From the human T2T-CHM13v2.0 reference genome, Homo sapiens, in the NCBI RefSeq assembly GCF_009914755.1, contig NC_060928.1: a DNA stretch of 64,000 nt, one strand, 5' to 3'. The notes under the pieces were generated by a model. That model did not search any database and had not been told where the DNA came from. It worked only from the letters and a program-made list of their open reading frames with translations. Shown here one piece after another: positions 1 through 17,600 of the stretch (position 1 is the first letter of the stretch; every line of letters begins with the position of its first letter). A program made the translations under genes and the position numbers.

Positions 1-333
1 TTTGTAGGGACATGGATGAAGCTGGAAACCATCATTCTCAACAAACTATCGCAAGGACAAAAAACCAAACGCCGCATGTTCTCACTCATAGGTGGGAATT
101 GAACAGTGAGAACACATGGACACAGGAAGGGGAACATCACACACTGGGGCCTGTTGTGGGGTGGGGGGAGGGGGGAGGGATAGCATTAGGACATATACCT
201 AATGTTAAATGACGAGTTAATGGGTGCAGCACACCAACATGGCACATGTATACACATGTAACAAACGTGCACGTTGTGCACATGTACCCTAAAACTTAAA
301 GTATAATAAAAAGAAAAAAAAAAAGAAAAGAAA
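1..333 (+). mobile_element. 3' end of an L1PA element (continues left of the window)
   Basis: ORF2 C-terminus, G-rich 3' UTR, cctaaaacttaaagtataataaa + A tail. Confidence 0.92.
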
Positions 334-399
334 TGTGACTACACTCCAAGCCTGCCCATTTTGCACATGGTAGTGCTTGTTTCTTGAATAGCCCCATCC

Positions 400-660
400 C
401 CCATCTCCACCTCCTTCCTTTGTCTAATTCCTCTCCATCCTTGAGTTTTCTGCACAAATGTGCCTTCCTTAGGAGAGCAAGCTTTCTTTGATTCCCTCAG
501 CCTAGATCAGGCCCCTTCCCCTGACATTGTTCTCACAACTTCCTTGACCTTTCCCTAAAAGTAAGCTTTGTGACTTGCCATTCGCTGTATTTCCCGTCTC
601 TAACGCTGGGCCTGGCACATAGCAGGTATTCAGTAAGCATTTATTCAATGAATGAATGCA
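400..660 (+). mobile_element. L2 3' fragment
   Basis: cctggcacatagcaggtattcagtaagcatttattcaatgaatgaatg, typical L2 terminus. Confidence 0.6.
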
Positions 661-1092
661 TGATTACTGCTCTTCCCCATACTGACTTTTCCCACTGGAC
701 AAGTCAATATTCATCTAATTTGGCCTCCAGTTTCCCACCTTGGTAAAGAGTATCACTGTCCCTCAGACCTGCTGGAAAAGGAAGAATCCACAGTTGGTGC
801 CATGAGACTTCATGTTACCAATGAAGTTATACTGAAGTGCAGGCTCCCTGCTTACCGTTGTTTGCATTGATTCACCTGACCTTGCTGCTTTTCAGAGGAT
901 GAAGTCAGAAAGGACCTGTTTTACTTGACTGTTTATCCTCTATCCTTAGGAAGCTGGGATGTGCTGAAATTGAATAGGGAATGGTGAAGAGGTGCAAAAC
1001 CCATTAAATAAAAATTAGGTACTAAGCAGGAAAATCAACAGAGCTGAGCTGAATATGTCTAGAGAAAAAGAAGGTTGATGAATCAGTTATAG

Positions 1093-1429
1093 CAGGGGTC
1101 CCCAACCCCCAGGTGGTGAACCAGTACCGGTGTGTGGCCTGTTAGGAACCAGGCCGCACAGCAGGGGGTAAGTGGCAGGCAAGGGAGCATTACTGCCTGA
1201 GCTCCACCTCCTATCAGATCAGCAGCTGCATTAGATTCTCATGGGAGCATGAACCCTATTGTGAACTGTGCATGCGAGGGATCTAGGTGGCGTGCTTTTT
1301 CTGAGAATCTAATGCCTGATAATCTGAGGTGGAACAGTTTCATCCTGAAACCATCTTCCCACCCCCGTCCATGAAAAAATTATCTTCCACAAAACCGGTT
1401 CCTGGTGCTGAAAAGGTTGGGGACTGCTG
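1093..1429. mobile_element. MER1B-like hAT-Charlie MITE
   Basis: TIRs caggggtccccaacc / ggttggggactgctg; 8-bp TSD agttatag/aggtatag. Confidence 0.85.
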
Positions 1430-4165
1430 AGGTATAGCGATTCTTAGAGATACAATATGTGGTAAATGCAGCAGAACAGGAGCTAGGGACCTCTCAGGAA
1501 GCCAGGTGTCTCACTCGAGAGCTGTGTGACCCTCACCTAGCTAGCGCCTTCGTCTCCCAGGATTATTAGGACAAAAATGCATATGACATTGCGCTATCTG
1601 CAATAAAGCACTTTAAAAAGCAGGTTAATATTAGTATTGAGATAAAGAGGATATTGATGACTACTATTTCCAGAGCATGAACCAGAGGAAAATTGATTCA
1701 AATGACAGCTACAGAGGTTTATGGAAAGATCTTTCTCCACATGGGGAAACGTAGGAGTGGAATAAATAGCATGGAAGCCTGTGAAGTGGGCTTTAGAGGC
1801 AAGTTAGAAGATCGTTTGTCTTAGGTGGTGTCTTAGGACTGAGCTTACAGACCGGAGTAGATGACCCTCTGACTTCAATTCTAAGATTCTCCATTTGAGA
1901 TTCCAAACTTTCCTCCTCTTCCTTGAATTTGTATGACGTACCCTGTTTCTTTTGTAATTAACAGGTAATTTGGTACACTATAGCCTATCAAATACCGTAT
2001 ATTTTGATAGAATACGGGAGTTCAGGATGAGCCTCTAAGTCAGATAATCTGACTCCAGTCTCTTCCAGCAGCTCTAGTTTGTTTGATGAGGATATTTAAT
2101 TGCTCTTTAACATTTCATTTGAATGAGACTCACGGATCTGTTTAGGAAGAAAACTGCTGATCAATTGCAATTGCCCCTGTTGTCATGGAAACAAGCTGAA
2201 ATGGGACTATAATTATATTTCCTTATTCCTGAAGTGAATCCCTAATCATTGCCATAGTAATTACCCAATATCTATGGTCCCAAATTACATGATTCTTGTC
2301 CAAAAAAGACAAAGGATAAGGAATAGGAGGGCTGGCCTGAGGCATGCATTCACTGTGCAGCTGCAGAAAGCCTTCTCCTTTTTTGGATGGGAAGAATTTC
2401 CCTCTGTAGGCTCACACTCCACAGTTGGATGATGTCAGCAGGTCTTAGATTGTGCCCAGTGCTTAGAAGAGTGGCTAGAAAGCTGTATCAGGTAGGATGA
2501 TTGCAGTTTTAACAGAAATCAGAACTACTAGCATCTTCAACAGGAATGAAGTATATTGTCTGATGGACCAGAAAGTCTGGAAGACTTTCCAAGTTCCAAG
2601 GTTGGTTGACGAAATGGCCCAGCAACATCACCAGGATCCAATCTGAGTCCCTTTTTCTCTGGCATCCTCAGGGAGTGGCCTTTTGTCCTCAGGTTTGTTC
2701 CCTCATAGTCATCACAAGATGGCTGTCACAGTTCCAGGTGTCATAGGCGGATGACAAAGACCACAGACAGAAAGAAGGCAGTCCCTGTCTTGTATGATTG
2801 TGAATGAGGAGAACTTTCTCAGAAAGGCCTCTGCCTACCAAACTGCCTCTTGCTTTTCATTGTTCCTTTTGCATAGATGCTATCTTTCGCAGATAGTGGC
2901 ACCAGACGACAGAGCTTAAAATAGAGATAGCTCTTCCTGACGCCTCTCTGCTCTCCTTAGCACTAAGTGCCTAGTGTGTGAGAGATGGAGTAGTGTGGCT
3001 GCAGGGCTAACTTAGTTTGTTTTGCTTTCCTTTGCAACCTCTCTCTTTGCTCTGACCTTCAAGTGTGCTGAGCTCCAGGTCACAGACCCAGCATACACCT
3101 CTGTCTCATCTCTCCCATTCCTCCAGATAGGTATGAGCATAGAGCACTGGGCCTGGGTTTCAGCATCCCAGGACCATGGGGTGTGACAACCTTTGCTCTC
3201 AGGCAGCAGCACATGCCACCAAGAAAGAAGGGCAGCCTCCTGGGGAGAAGTAGAATCACAATACAGGGAGTTGTGCAAGTGAGTCATCCATCCAGGTGGG
3301 CTAGACTAGAAGAGAGAATCCAGACGCAGACCTAGAAGCATAGTGTGGTAGCTGTTTTTTTGGTCACTTAGCCATTAGCATCCAGTTCCCCTTCTCAAGT
3401 CAAGGTGACTCCCTGAAAGCTCCTTCCCTTTTAGGGAGTTGTCTTTACCTTGCTGTGTGTAGCTCTGGTAGGACATAGTGCCTGCTTCCTAGGACAGAAA
3501 TCAAAAGGATCAGATCTTCCCCTTCCCCTCCCACTGCAGCCTGGTGTAAGCCTGCAACCCAGCCTGGCCAATCACATGTTCTCCCCTAGGACTTTGACTT
3601 GGCAGGTGAGTCAAAGATGTAGGGAACACAGCTTCTAGGAGGAGCAGTTACTGGCTCACTGTGCGGCCTAATGGCGGCTGTGGCTCCTGATGCCTAGGCT
3701 CTAGAGCTCTCCTACCTAACTCCAGTGTTTTTCCAAGCCTGCAGTCTGGTTTCTTTTGTTCTGTGAGCCTCAACTGTACTTCTAGTACATTTTCTTTAGG
3801 TAGAGTGAAACAAAGTTTCTGTTGCCTACAGATCAGACTGGTAACTGACACATGTAGACACCAGGAAAACTAGGTGTGAGAGAGAAGGTTTGAAATAGAA
3901 AGTGGGAAGCAAAGCCTGGAGCAGCTCCCTGGTTTAAGTTGAAAAGAAGTCTCAAAAGAAACCTTGAGAGAGGCTGAACAGCCTCCTGACTTGCCACCCG
4001 TTGGCTTCTTGGAGCTTTCTGCAGTGACCTCCTGGAAAACAGCCATGATCTGAACATATTCTGCGTTTTCCCATAACACATCTGCCTCACGCTTTCCATT
4101 GTGATCTCTCTACAGAAAACCCACCTGGTAAACCAACTCACCCTACAGTAGTAATCATTTTCTTA

Positions 4166-4844
<679 letters not shown>

Positions 4845-4946
4845 TCAAACAGCATGAGATTCATACAAAGAGATTCCTGAGGGACAAAAGGGAGCAAGAA
4901 AAGGTTTGTGGGGCTGATAAGGTTTGAGCTGGATCTCAAAAGATGG

Positions 4947-5306
4947 TGTATTAGTCTGTTTTCACACTGCTATAAAGAGACTGTGTAATTTATAAAGAAA
5001 AGAGGTTTAATTGACTCACGGTTCCACAAGCTTAACAGGAAGCATGGTTGGGAGGCCTCAGGAAACTTACAGTCATGGTGGAAGGTGAAAGGGAAGCAAG
5101 CATGTCTCACCATGGTGGAGCAGGAGAGACAAAGAACAAAGGGGGAAGTGCCACACACTTTTAACCATCAGATCTTGTGAGAACTCACTCACTATCACAA
5201 GAACAGCATGAGGGAAATCCACCCCCATGATCCAATCACCTCCCACCAGGCCGCCCCTCCAATTCAACATGAGATTTGGGTGGGGACACAAATCCAAACC
5301 TCATCA
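4947..5306 (-). mobile_element. MaLR solo LTR (MSTA-like)
   Basis: tgtattagtctgttttcacactgctataaag ... caaatccaaacctcatca. Confidence 0.85.
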
Positions 5307-5457
5307 ATGGGTAAGAACCGAATTTCGAGACTGGCACTGGGCAGTCCATGCAGCAGAAGACCCTATGCGGTAATAGAACCCAGTGATGGTATTTGAGGAA
5401 CTGACAGGTCAGGTTTGCCTCATGGGTGCTTGAAGTAGGGTGACATTAGATAATAAC

Positions 5458-5745
<288 letters not shown>

Positions 5746-5749
5746 CTGC

Positions 5750-5915
5750 TTACACCATTCTTAGTGTTTTACATATCATAAATTTAATTCTAATGAAAGC
5801 CCTGTGAGGTAGGTCCTATTATTATCCCCATTTAACAGTTAAGGAAACTGAGGCACCTGGAGGTTTAGAGACTTGCTGAAAGCCACACAGCTGGTAAATG
5901 GTAGAACTAGGTTTC
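5750..5915. mobile_element. MIR
   Basis: attatccccattt...gaaactgaggca core. Confidence 0.7.
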
Positions 5916-6122
5916 AGAGGTAAGAACTAATCCCTAAGAGGTAAGAGGTAATCCCTACACTACACAACCTCTGTTTCATAGAGCCAGAGTACTTTAGGGC
6001 TCTGGCATGAAGAGCCTTAAATGCCAAGCAACCACTGCAGCTTTATCTGGGAGGATTTTGGCATGGGAAAACACCAGTGGTTTCTGAGCTGGCAAATTAA
6101 CTCCTTTAAGATTAATATAGGG

Positions 6123-6575
<453 letters not shown>

Positions 6576-7159
6576 TTACCGTAGGGTTTCAGAGAAAGCT
6601 GAATTGGAAAAGATGCAACTTGGAGATCATTTACAGATGTCAATTATATTGCAATAGAGTGGAGGTAAAACCAGGGCAACAGTAACAATTATACACTCAT
6701 TGATTTTTCGACTGCTCTCGGGGTTCCTGCATTTATTTCTGCAGATTCCCGTTAACATCTTACTGTGTGTTCAAGAGCAAGTCCTCTGGCTCTCACTGCT
6801 GCCGTGGTCAGGGTGATGAGCATCATGCCAGTGACTTCCTCTCAAAAGGTCCGGGAAAACAAAGTCTGCAACGGCTTCAACATAAAAAGTAATAATAAAA
6901 ATAAAAGCTTCACCTGAGCAAAGGTTACAGTGTGTGAGCCCTAACCATTGCTGCTGGCATGCTTATTAGCATAATCATCCTATCCATATAGTATTCCAGC
7001 AAATTGCAATGACTCATCCAGGCCTCCGCTGAGTTTCCTAAGCTCTTGACAACTTTAAGCACAGAAACAAGCCCTTCAAAACGCCCTGTATTTTGATGTA
7101 TTTGCTGCCAAACTGAGCCTGACAGTACTATGTTTTTATTCTATAACAGTCTTTTATTC

Positions 7160-7746
<587 letters not shown>

Positions 7747-8259
7747 CTAAAGTCGTTGTTTGGAGCCTCTGGGTAAAATCTTGGAGTTTAATTCATCTGA
7801 CTCTGGGTAAAGGAAAGGAAAGAGGAGGTGGAGTAAAGGAGAAATACCAATGTGTGTTTCCTGCTGTCTTTCTAAACCCATAATGAGTTAGATCAAAGGG
7901 CTTAAATGTTTTAAGATGTAGGTAGAACAGGACCCTGTAAACCTCTGTGAGTTTTTCTTAGTGCTAAACGCATCTTCCCTTAGAATTGACTAAGCCTATT
8001 CAAAGCCTCTAGTCTGTAGCTAATGGTTCCTGGAGTGGGTTCATGGTATTTGAACCTTCTTGGGTAGGAGTGGCATGGATGGAACCCTATGGGCTATTGT
8101 TCTGTGCATCAGGTACCAGGATCAGGTTTTCGAGAACTGACCTCAAAATTTCCCATGATTTTAGGCAAATGTCAAGGATTTTTCCTCTTCTTCTCCTTTT
8201 TTCTTCCTCTTTTCTTAATTTCCTCCTCTTCTTCTTACCTTCCTCCTCCTGCTCTTCTT

Positions 8260-8540
8260 TTTTTAAAAAATTCCATTTTTATTTCAGATTCAGAGAGTAC
8301 ATGTATAGGTTTGTTACAAGGGTATATTACGTGATGCTGAGGTTTGAGCTTCGTTTAATCCAGTCACCCAGATAGTGACGAAAGTACCCAATAGGAAATG
8401 TATCAGCTCTTGCCCCCCGCTCCCTCCCTCTCTCCTATTGGAGTCCCTAATGTCTGTGTGTTCCCAAGACTTGGCTCCCACTTATAAGTGAGAACATACG
8501 ATATTTAGTTTTCTGTTTCTGCATTAATTCACTTAATTGC
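8260..8540 (-). mobile_element. Old L1 3' fragment
   Basis: ggctcccacttataagtgagaacat, L1 3' UTR in reverse. Confidence 0.75.
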
Positions 8541-8849
8541 ATGTCATCCTCGCACAGGGACCATGATAATCTCCATATCGTTCCAGTTGTAGTGTATGCG
8601 CTGCTGAAGTGCTCCTACTCTTCCTCTTCCTCTTCCTTCTCCCCTTTCTTTTACTTCTTTGGTCTTATGAGATCGCTACTGATCTTTACAGATATTGACT
8701 GTTTAATTTGGGTGGAGGAGATCAAGATGATGTAGATCTTCTATGTGGAATGGGGACTTACGGCACACCTATTTACTTTTTCAGCCGTGTCTACACATAG
8801 ATATGAGTCATAAGGCTGCATTCCTGTATTTTTAAAATCTTCATCAGCA

Positions 8850-9325
8850 CACCCATGTTCATTGCAGTGCTACTTACAATAGCCAAAAAGGAGAAACAAC
8901 CCAAATGCCCATTGATGGATGAATGTATAAACGTGATATGTACATACAATGGAATTATTCATTCTTAAAAAGGAAGGAAATTCTGACACATGCTACAATG
9001 TGGATGAACTTTCAAAACATTATGCTAAGTGAAATAAGCCAGGCACAAAAGGACAGATATTATATTATTCCATTTAAAGGAAGTACCTGAAATAGTAAAA
9101 TTCAAAGAGACAGAAAGTACAATAGTAGTTACCAGGGACTGCGGAGAGGGGAGAATGGGGAGTTATTGTTGCATGGATATGAAGTTTAGGATGATGATAA
9201 GGTTCTAAAAGTTGATAGTGCTGATGGTTTCATTGTAATATGAGTGTATTTAATGCCACTGAACTGTGTACTTAAAAAATGTTAAAATACTAAATTTTAT
9301 GTTACATACATTTTATCGTAATAAA
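8850..9325 (+). mobile_element. L1MB-like 3' end
   Basis: cccatgttcattgcag...aatgccactgaactgt. Confidence 0.8.
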
Positions 9326-9404
9326 ATCTTGATCAATATTATACAAATATGAAAAAATTTATGGCTGCTGGGATCCCACTTGGTAATGACAGATTTTGTG
9401 TTTA

Positions 9405-9738
<334 letters not shown>

Positions 9739-11669
9739 AAAACTGGTATATCCTCTTTTGTATAACATTTGCAATCGTGGGTGAACTGGAACCCTCTTAA
9801 TGCTCCTTTCTTGTCGTGATCTAGCAGCCACCATTCATATAATGTCATTTTCTCTAAGAAATCCAAACATCTGTAAACACTGTATTAAGCCGTGTCAATA
9901 GGAGCCAGGAGCTTGAGCTCTGGTTTCTGTTTTGATTGAGTCTCTCTCTTCACTTTGCTGGGCCTCAGCTTCTCCATCCATAAAGACTTGGGTCTTGGAC
10001 TCCATGAGCACAGAGGGGCCCTTTCTGCAGTGGCTGTTGGCTGTGTGAGGGCTGTCCCTGTCATCGCTGATACAGTACACTGCCTTTTGCTGCTTCCAGT
10101 TTACTCGTAGAGACTCACTAGAGATGTGAAGAGCAGCGCTCCAGGCCTCCAGGCATAGGTGCAGAGAAATATTGGCAGGCAGAGTGGAATGCAGGCTCAG
10201 AATAGGTCTGCGAGCTCAGGATTTCCAGTCTTCTGCATGAGTTTTTACATTGTCTTTGAAGGATTTCTGAAAGTGAAAGCACAGGCGATGTTATCTGTTA
10301 AGGTTTTTGCATTTTATCTTCCTCCTAATCTGGACTTTACCTCACTTACAAAATAATATAGCACAGAGCCCGGGGGATGAGAGTAACAAAGAAATAGAAA
10401 AGATAGGAGTTCTGTGGGAAGATTGATGAATTCATGTTAAGTATGCAGAAACAGTGGGAAAGTCACTCCACTGTAGCTGGAGACACATGAGGAGAAGAAG
10501 AGAGTATTGGAGTGAGGCAGTTATTAAAGGTAAAGCCAGAAGAGCAACCTCAGGCTGTTCTCCCATCAATGTCTTTGGAAAGATAACTGCAGGAGGCAGT
10601 GAAAAGTAGAGGGGCAAGTCCAAAAGCTGGTATCTTTGGGCTGATTAGAAATGCCTGATGAAATGTTTCAAAGCCCAACCTGTCTGTCAATAAAAATAAT
10701 ATCAATGACAACAGCAAATCAGGACAGAAATGTAGAAATGACAGTTAAAACATCTCAGCCATGCTCCTTTGTACATGTACATAGGAGAGCTGACTGCCTT
10801 CTAAAGCCCCAGGAACTTCTGCTCTTGGGACCTCCAATCCAAAGGGACCATTTTTCTGGCCTCTGTAAGTCGGGGCTGTGATTCTTTTCTAGGCTTATGA
10901 AAACTGTGAAAACTGTTGCTCAGATACCAGTGCTGTTCTGAACTTCCCAAGTGGGCCTTTCTTCCTGTCTTTGTAGAGTTGGCTTTTACCATGCGTGCTT
11001 TGCATTTGACTTCAAATCTTGTTTAAATTAAAATGATTGTTAAATGACTATATTGACAATCCTCCAGTTGAAGGTTTAAAATCTGTGGGATTTTAGAGGT
11101 CTTTATACAGCTCTTCTCACAAGCAAGAGGCTGCTCTGGTTCTCAGTAGCAGAAGAGAAGGTTCCCACCTGGCAAGTCCATTTTCTATCATTTGAGCAGA
11201 GAGAGAGTGAGGGAAAGTTGCAGCATTGAAGCTGAAAGGCCCCTCTCTCTTGGTTCCCTCTTAAAAGGAAGCAGGGAGAGGTGGAGTTGGCCTGCTTCAC
11301 AATCAACTGCGAAAGGTCTTTAAATGTCAAGAATAAAGAAGTCCGGACGAACTCTGCTAAGGTACAATTTGTGGTAAATTGCCTCTCCACCTCCCAATCA
11401 TGTAATTTGCACTTCCCAGATGGTTAAGGACCATGGTTCCACCAAGCTCTGTGTTCATTAGAACATGGTTTCAAGCTGAGATCTCCACGCAAAGGCTATT
11501 CAGTTTCAATTCCAACCCTGCCTCAAATTTTGGAACTTTGGGCAATATTTTTACCCACCTCAGCTTCCCCTTCAGAGAACAGGAAATAATCTACATTGTA
11601 GAGTTGTTTGGAGCTGGAACTGGTAACCATGCTCACCAAAGATTTAATATTAGATTTAATATTATACAA

Positions 11670-12330
11670 ATGCTGCCCTCTTTCTCCTGCTCTCACCACA
11701 TGACTGACATACCTGCCCCCATTTTGCCTTCTACCATGATTGTAAGCTTCTTGAAACCCTCACCAGAAGCCAAGGAGATAATTGGTGCCATGCTTATATA
11801 GCCTGCAGAACCATAAGCCAGTTAAACCTCTTTTCTTTATAAATTACCCAGCCTCAGATATTTCTATGCAGTAACACAAAAATGACCTAATATAGAAAAC
11901 TGGTACCAAAGAATGGGGCATTGCTATAAAGATACCTGAAAATGTCAAAGCAGCCTTGGAACTGGGTAACAGGCAAAGGTTGGAAGAGTTTGGAGGGCTC
12001 AGGAGAAGAAAAGATGAGGGAAAGTTTGGAATTTCTTAGAGACTGGTTAAATACTTGTGACTAAAAATGCTGATAGTTATATGGACAGTGAAGGCCAGGC
12101 TGATGCGGTCTCAGATGGAAATAAGGAACTTACTGAGAACTGGAGCCAAGGTCTCCTTTGTTGTACTGTAGCAAATAAATTGGCTGCATTGTGTTCATTC
12201 CCTAGGGATCTGTGGTAGTTTGAACTCAAGAGTGGTGACTTAGGGTATCTGTTGAAAGAAATTTTTAAGCAGCAAAGCATTTAAGATGTGGCCTGGCTGC
12301 TTCTAACAGTTTACACGCAGATATGCCAAG
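11670..12330 (+). mobile_element. MaLR (MST-type) LTR 3' part plus start of internal sequence
   Basis: aaacctcttttctttataaattacccagcctca LTR end, then tggtaccaaagaatggggcattgctataaagatacctgaaaatg. Confidence 0.8.
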
Positions 12331-12475
12331 GAGGGGGACCTTAGGAAATAACCCAGGCTCTCAGTTGAGGCTCTGGGAGGACCACACCCTAGAAGTGGAG
12401 GCAAAACAGAAGTAGTCTGAGCCTTACAAAGATTTCTAACCAGCCATGAATTAGCTCAGTCTTTGATTGGATTGA

Positions 12476-12851
<376 letters not shown>

Positions 12852-13494
12852 ACCTCTAAAATTTTTGAGGCATGATGTGTGAAGTCTAATTAAAAATTAC
12901 CAAGCATCTAAGAAACAGACCACAAGAAAAACAAGATAATAGACAGAGACCTAAAGGTGACCTAGATGTTGGAGTTTCAGATAGACTTTCAAATAATTGT
13001 GATTAATATATTCAAGAATATAGTTTACAGGATGGAGAATTTCAGCAGAGAACTTAAATTTATTAAACAATTAAGTGGAAATTTGAGATCTAAAATATAC
13101 TTCTGAAATTAAGAACTCAGCAGATTGGACTTAAAGAGAAAATTAGTGAACTGGAAGCAGGTCCATAGAAATATCCAGTCTGAATCATATTGAGTAAAAA
13201 GAATGGTAGCTATAATAATGAGAATAAAAGTTATGTGGCTTGTAGTTAAAAGGGTTTAACATGGGAGGATCAGAGAGAGATTAGAGGAAAAATGGGGCAC
13301 AACAGTATTTAAGAGATAAAGGCTGAGAATTTTCCAAAGCTGATGAAAGACATCAAGCTACAGATTTTAGAAGCATTGTGTAACCCAAGCTGAATAAATT
13401 AAAAGAAGCTCACACCCTGCTACACCAGAGTAAAACTGCTAAAAAACAAAGATAAAGAGGCTAACTTTAAAATCAGCTATAAATGAAAGATAGC

Positions 13495-13897
13495 TGTATT
13501 AGTGTGCTCTTGCACTGCTCTGAAGAAATACCTGAGACTGGGTAATTTATAAAGAAAAGAGGTTTAATTGGCCGTGATCCTGCATGCTGTACAGGAAGCA
13601 TAGTGGCTTCCACTTCTAAGGAGGCCTCAAGAAGCTTCCAATCATGGCAGAAGGCAAAGAGGGAGTGAGGTGTTTCACATGGCAGGAGCAGGAGCAAGAG
13701 AGAGCAAGGCAGGAGGTGCTGCATGCTTTTAAACAACAGGATCTTGCAAGAACTCACTCACTACCATGAAAATAGCACCAAGGGGATTATGCTGAACCGT
13801 TCATGAGAAATCCATCCCCATGATCCAGCCACCTCCCACCATTGGAGACTACAATTTGACATGAGATTTGTCGGGGACACAGATCCAAACTATATCA
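13495..13897 (-). mobile_element. MaLR solo LTR (MSTB-like)
   Basis: tgtattagt ... cagatccaaactatatca. Confidence 0.85.
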
Positions 13898-13961
13898 GTA
13901 GATCATGTGTCTTTTCAAAGATGCAGTAATACAAGCTTATCTACAAAAATTCTATGCTTCA

Positions 13962-14258
13962 GGTGTTCAGGTGTGGTGGCTTATGCCTGTAATTCCAGCA
14001 CTTTGGGAGGCTAAGGTGGGAGGATTGCTTGAGGCAGGAGTTCCAGACCAGACTAGGGAAGATGGCAAGAACTCATCTCTACAAAAAATTTTAAAAGTAG
14101 CCAGGTATGCTGGCATGAGCCTGTAGTCCCAGCTACTTGGGAGACTGAGGCAGGAGGATCCCCTGAATCCAGGAGTTCAAGGTTGCCCAGCAGCTATGAT
14201 TTAGCCACTGCACTCCAGCCTTGGTGACTGAGACCCTGTCTTAAAAAAAAAAAAAAAG
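13962..14258 (+). mobile_element. AluJ
   Basis: Diverged dimeric Alu. Confidence 0.85.
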
Positions 14259-14652
14259 AATCAGCAGTCATGTTATTATAATTGATAAATAAACTTAGCA
14301 AAGTCTCTGGTTATAAGATCAATATATAAAAATAAGTTACATTTTATATCCACTAATTAAAAAATTAGAAAATAGAAATTTTAGTCTATACCATTTACAA
14401 TAAATTCAGAAACACCAAATATATAAGAATAAACCTATCAAAATATGTACAAGACCTCTATACAGAAAACTTCAACACATTTGTTAAGAGAAATTAAAGA
14501 TGATATAAATACATGAGGAGTCAGCCCATGTTCATGGATTAAAAGATTCAATATTGTAAAAACATCAGTTTAAAAAGTTATAGATTTAATGCCATCTAAA
14601 AGCAATCTCAATAGTATATTCATGTATGTGTATATGTATAAATTTATGTAGA

Positions 14653-14995
14653 AGCCAGGTGTGGCGGCTCACGCCTATAATCCCAGTACTTTGGGAGGCC
14701 AAGGTGGGCTGATCACTTGAGGCCAGGAGTTCTATACCAGCCTGGCCAACATGGCAAAACCCCATCTCTACCAAAAATACAAAAATTAACCAGGCGTGGT
14801 GGTGGGCACCTGTAATCTGAGCTACTTGGGAGGCTGAGGCAGGAGAATTGCTTGAACCCAGAAGGTGGAGGTTACACTAAGCCGAGATCATGCCACTGCA
14901 CTCCAGCCTGGGTAGCAGAGCAAGACCTTGTCTCAAAAAAAAAAAAAAAAAAAGTAAAAAGAAAAAAAAGAAAAGAAAAGAAAGAAAGAAAAAAA
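14653..14995 (+). mobile_element. AluS with A/GAAA tail
   Basis: Dimeric Alu. Confidence 0.9.
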
Positions 14996-15676
14996 CCCAG
15001 AAAACCAGAGCTGAAAAACTTAAACTACTAGATATCAAGACTCCTTAAAAAGCTACAGCAATTAAGATAGTGTGTTATTGGTATAAAAACAGGTAAGTAA
15101 AAAAAGTAAAAACAAAACAACAACAACAAAAAACAGACAAGTAGACCAGTGGAACAGAGGCCAGAAAAAATTATAATATAGACAGTTACTTAATTTATAG
15201 CAAATTGCTCATTGTCTTCAAACCTTAGTTTCCTTGTCCATAAAACAGCCTTACTAACAGTGCCTACCACATAAGTTTTAAATATTATATATCAAAAAGA
15301 TTCTGATATTATGTTAAAGAGGTTAGCATATATGCAAGATACATCACAAGTGTCCAATAAAATTTAGCTAGGATAAATGTTACCACTGTGACCACCACTA
15401 TTATAATTACTACTACTGCTATTATTACTTTTCATTTTCTCTATTTTTCAATATGATCATCTGGAAGTGAGTAATGAATGGACATCAGATCTTTGCCGGC
15501 AACAGGAATGTTTGGAGTTCAACACCAAAGAGCAGGAGAGTGCCAATTCTTAGCCTATGTGGAAAAATAAATCAGGGGGATAGACTTCATGACGCAGTCA
15601 AGGTTGACTTAGAAACTGGAATGGAACTTAGCCTAGCACTGGTGTATTCTGTACACACAACTGTGAGAAATTAGTA

Positions 15677-15679
<3 letters not shown>

Positions 15680-15706
<27 letters not shown>
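15680..15706. repeat. (TA)n microsatellite
   Basis: About 13 AT units. Confidence 0.9.
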
Positions 15707-15710
<4 letters not shown>

Positions 15711-16899
15711 CTTTGCAAAAATACAATGTAGAAATGAAGTCATTTACCCCTTCTCTCAACTGAGTCATAACCAGGGATCTGAAAAAGAAGTTTAGACAGA
15801 GAATATTCAGAAGTGCGATTCCACAACTTCAAATGAAAAGTTTATTTCATAACATTTTTAGGTGAACTTGGAAGCTCAGTTTGTGACATAGGTCCCAGGT
15901 TCTTTGAGGACAGGGAGATCATAACATATTAATCTCCCTGCATGTTTCCTAAAAGAGTGCCTCATATTTCATAAAGGGAATTGCTGCTATATGGTGCCCT
16001 GGGTTATTTAGCTGAAGACGTATGCCTTATTCTAGCTATTTAGTGTCTTCAACCCTCTCACAGTCCAGGCCCCATGGCATCTGCACCGTCTTCCTCTCCC
16101 ATACCCTGTGTCACTCATGATGGCAATACTATATGACCTTCTACCACTTTAAAATATGGCAGCTGGCTGGCATGAGATTATTCTCAGCAGATCTGAGTTC
16201 AGTTTCTCACTCTACTCCTTCAATTTGGATGTCTTTATATAAGTTATTTACTCTCTGAGTTTCATCTGTCACAAGATGGTGATGATGGGGATTAAATGAG
16301 ATAATGAAAGTAAAACTCCACACAGTTTTTTTTTTAAATCAAAGTAAGGGTTGATGTTTATAATAATTATTATTATTGCCTAAGATCACATAGCCAGGAG
16401 GCTCACATCCAAGTCTTTCATTTGTAAACCTCGCACACTTTTACACCGTGCTGCCTGTAATTTAGCAAACTAGATGATAAAATTTGGTAATTAGTCTTCC
16501 CAACTGGGTCTAGACTTGGGCAGATAACAAGTACAGCTGCCCCAGGACCTTGCCCACTGCATTCTGTAATTCAGTTCGGAGGCACTGCCTGGGAACACCT
16601 GCCCCCAACGCTGGCTATTCTTTCATGCACTTGGTCACTGAGAAAACCCCAGTAGGGGCCCCTTTCTGGGGAGGGGAAGGAGGAGGTTGTGCTCTCTCTC
16701 CCCTCCAAGTGCTGCCTGTGTTGCCTGGCATTGTGGCAATGTGCATGCCTTGCTGCTCTTCCTGCCCCTGTGAGGAGCTGGCAGCCTCAGTGTGTACTCT
16801 TTCCCAGAGATAAGTTAGTTTCCAAGATCAAGTAGGGAACAGTTTGCTTCCTTACTGCTATCTTACTCGCTTACTTCTGCTGCTTCCTCTTTGTGCATT

Positions 16900-17273
<374 letters not shown>

Positions 17274-17324
17274 TAGAAGTCCAGACTTCCTCCAAGTCCA
17301 GACTTTCAACTAAAAAGTGTTTTA

Positions 17325-17600
17325 GCTGGGCTTAGTGGCTCATGCCTGTAATGCCAGTGCTTTGTGAGGAAGCCAGGAGTTCAAAACCAGCCTGGGTAAC
17401 ATAGCAAGACCCCATCCCTACAAAAAATAATATAAATTAGCTGGATGTGGGAGCAGATGTCTGTATTCCTAGCTACTCTGCAGGATCACTTGAGCCCAGG
17501 AGTTTGAGGCTACATTGGGCCATGATCACATCACTGCACTCCAGCCTGGGCAACAGAATAAAACCTTGTCTCTAAAAAATATAAATAAATAAAAATAAAA
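17325..17600 (+). mobile_element. AluJ with internal deletions
   Basis: Diverged Alu. Confidence 0.8.

Larger units (their letters stand above)
12860..15200 (+). mobile_element. Degenerate old L1M fragments interrupted by an LTR and Alus
   Basis: A-rich L1 ORF1/ORF2-like remnants (ggctgagaattttccaaa, catgttcatggatt). Confidence 0.6.
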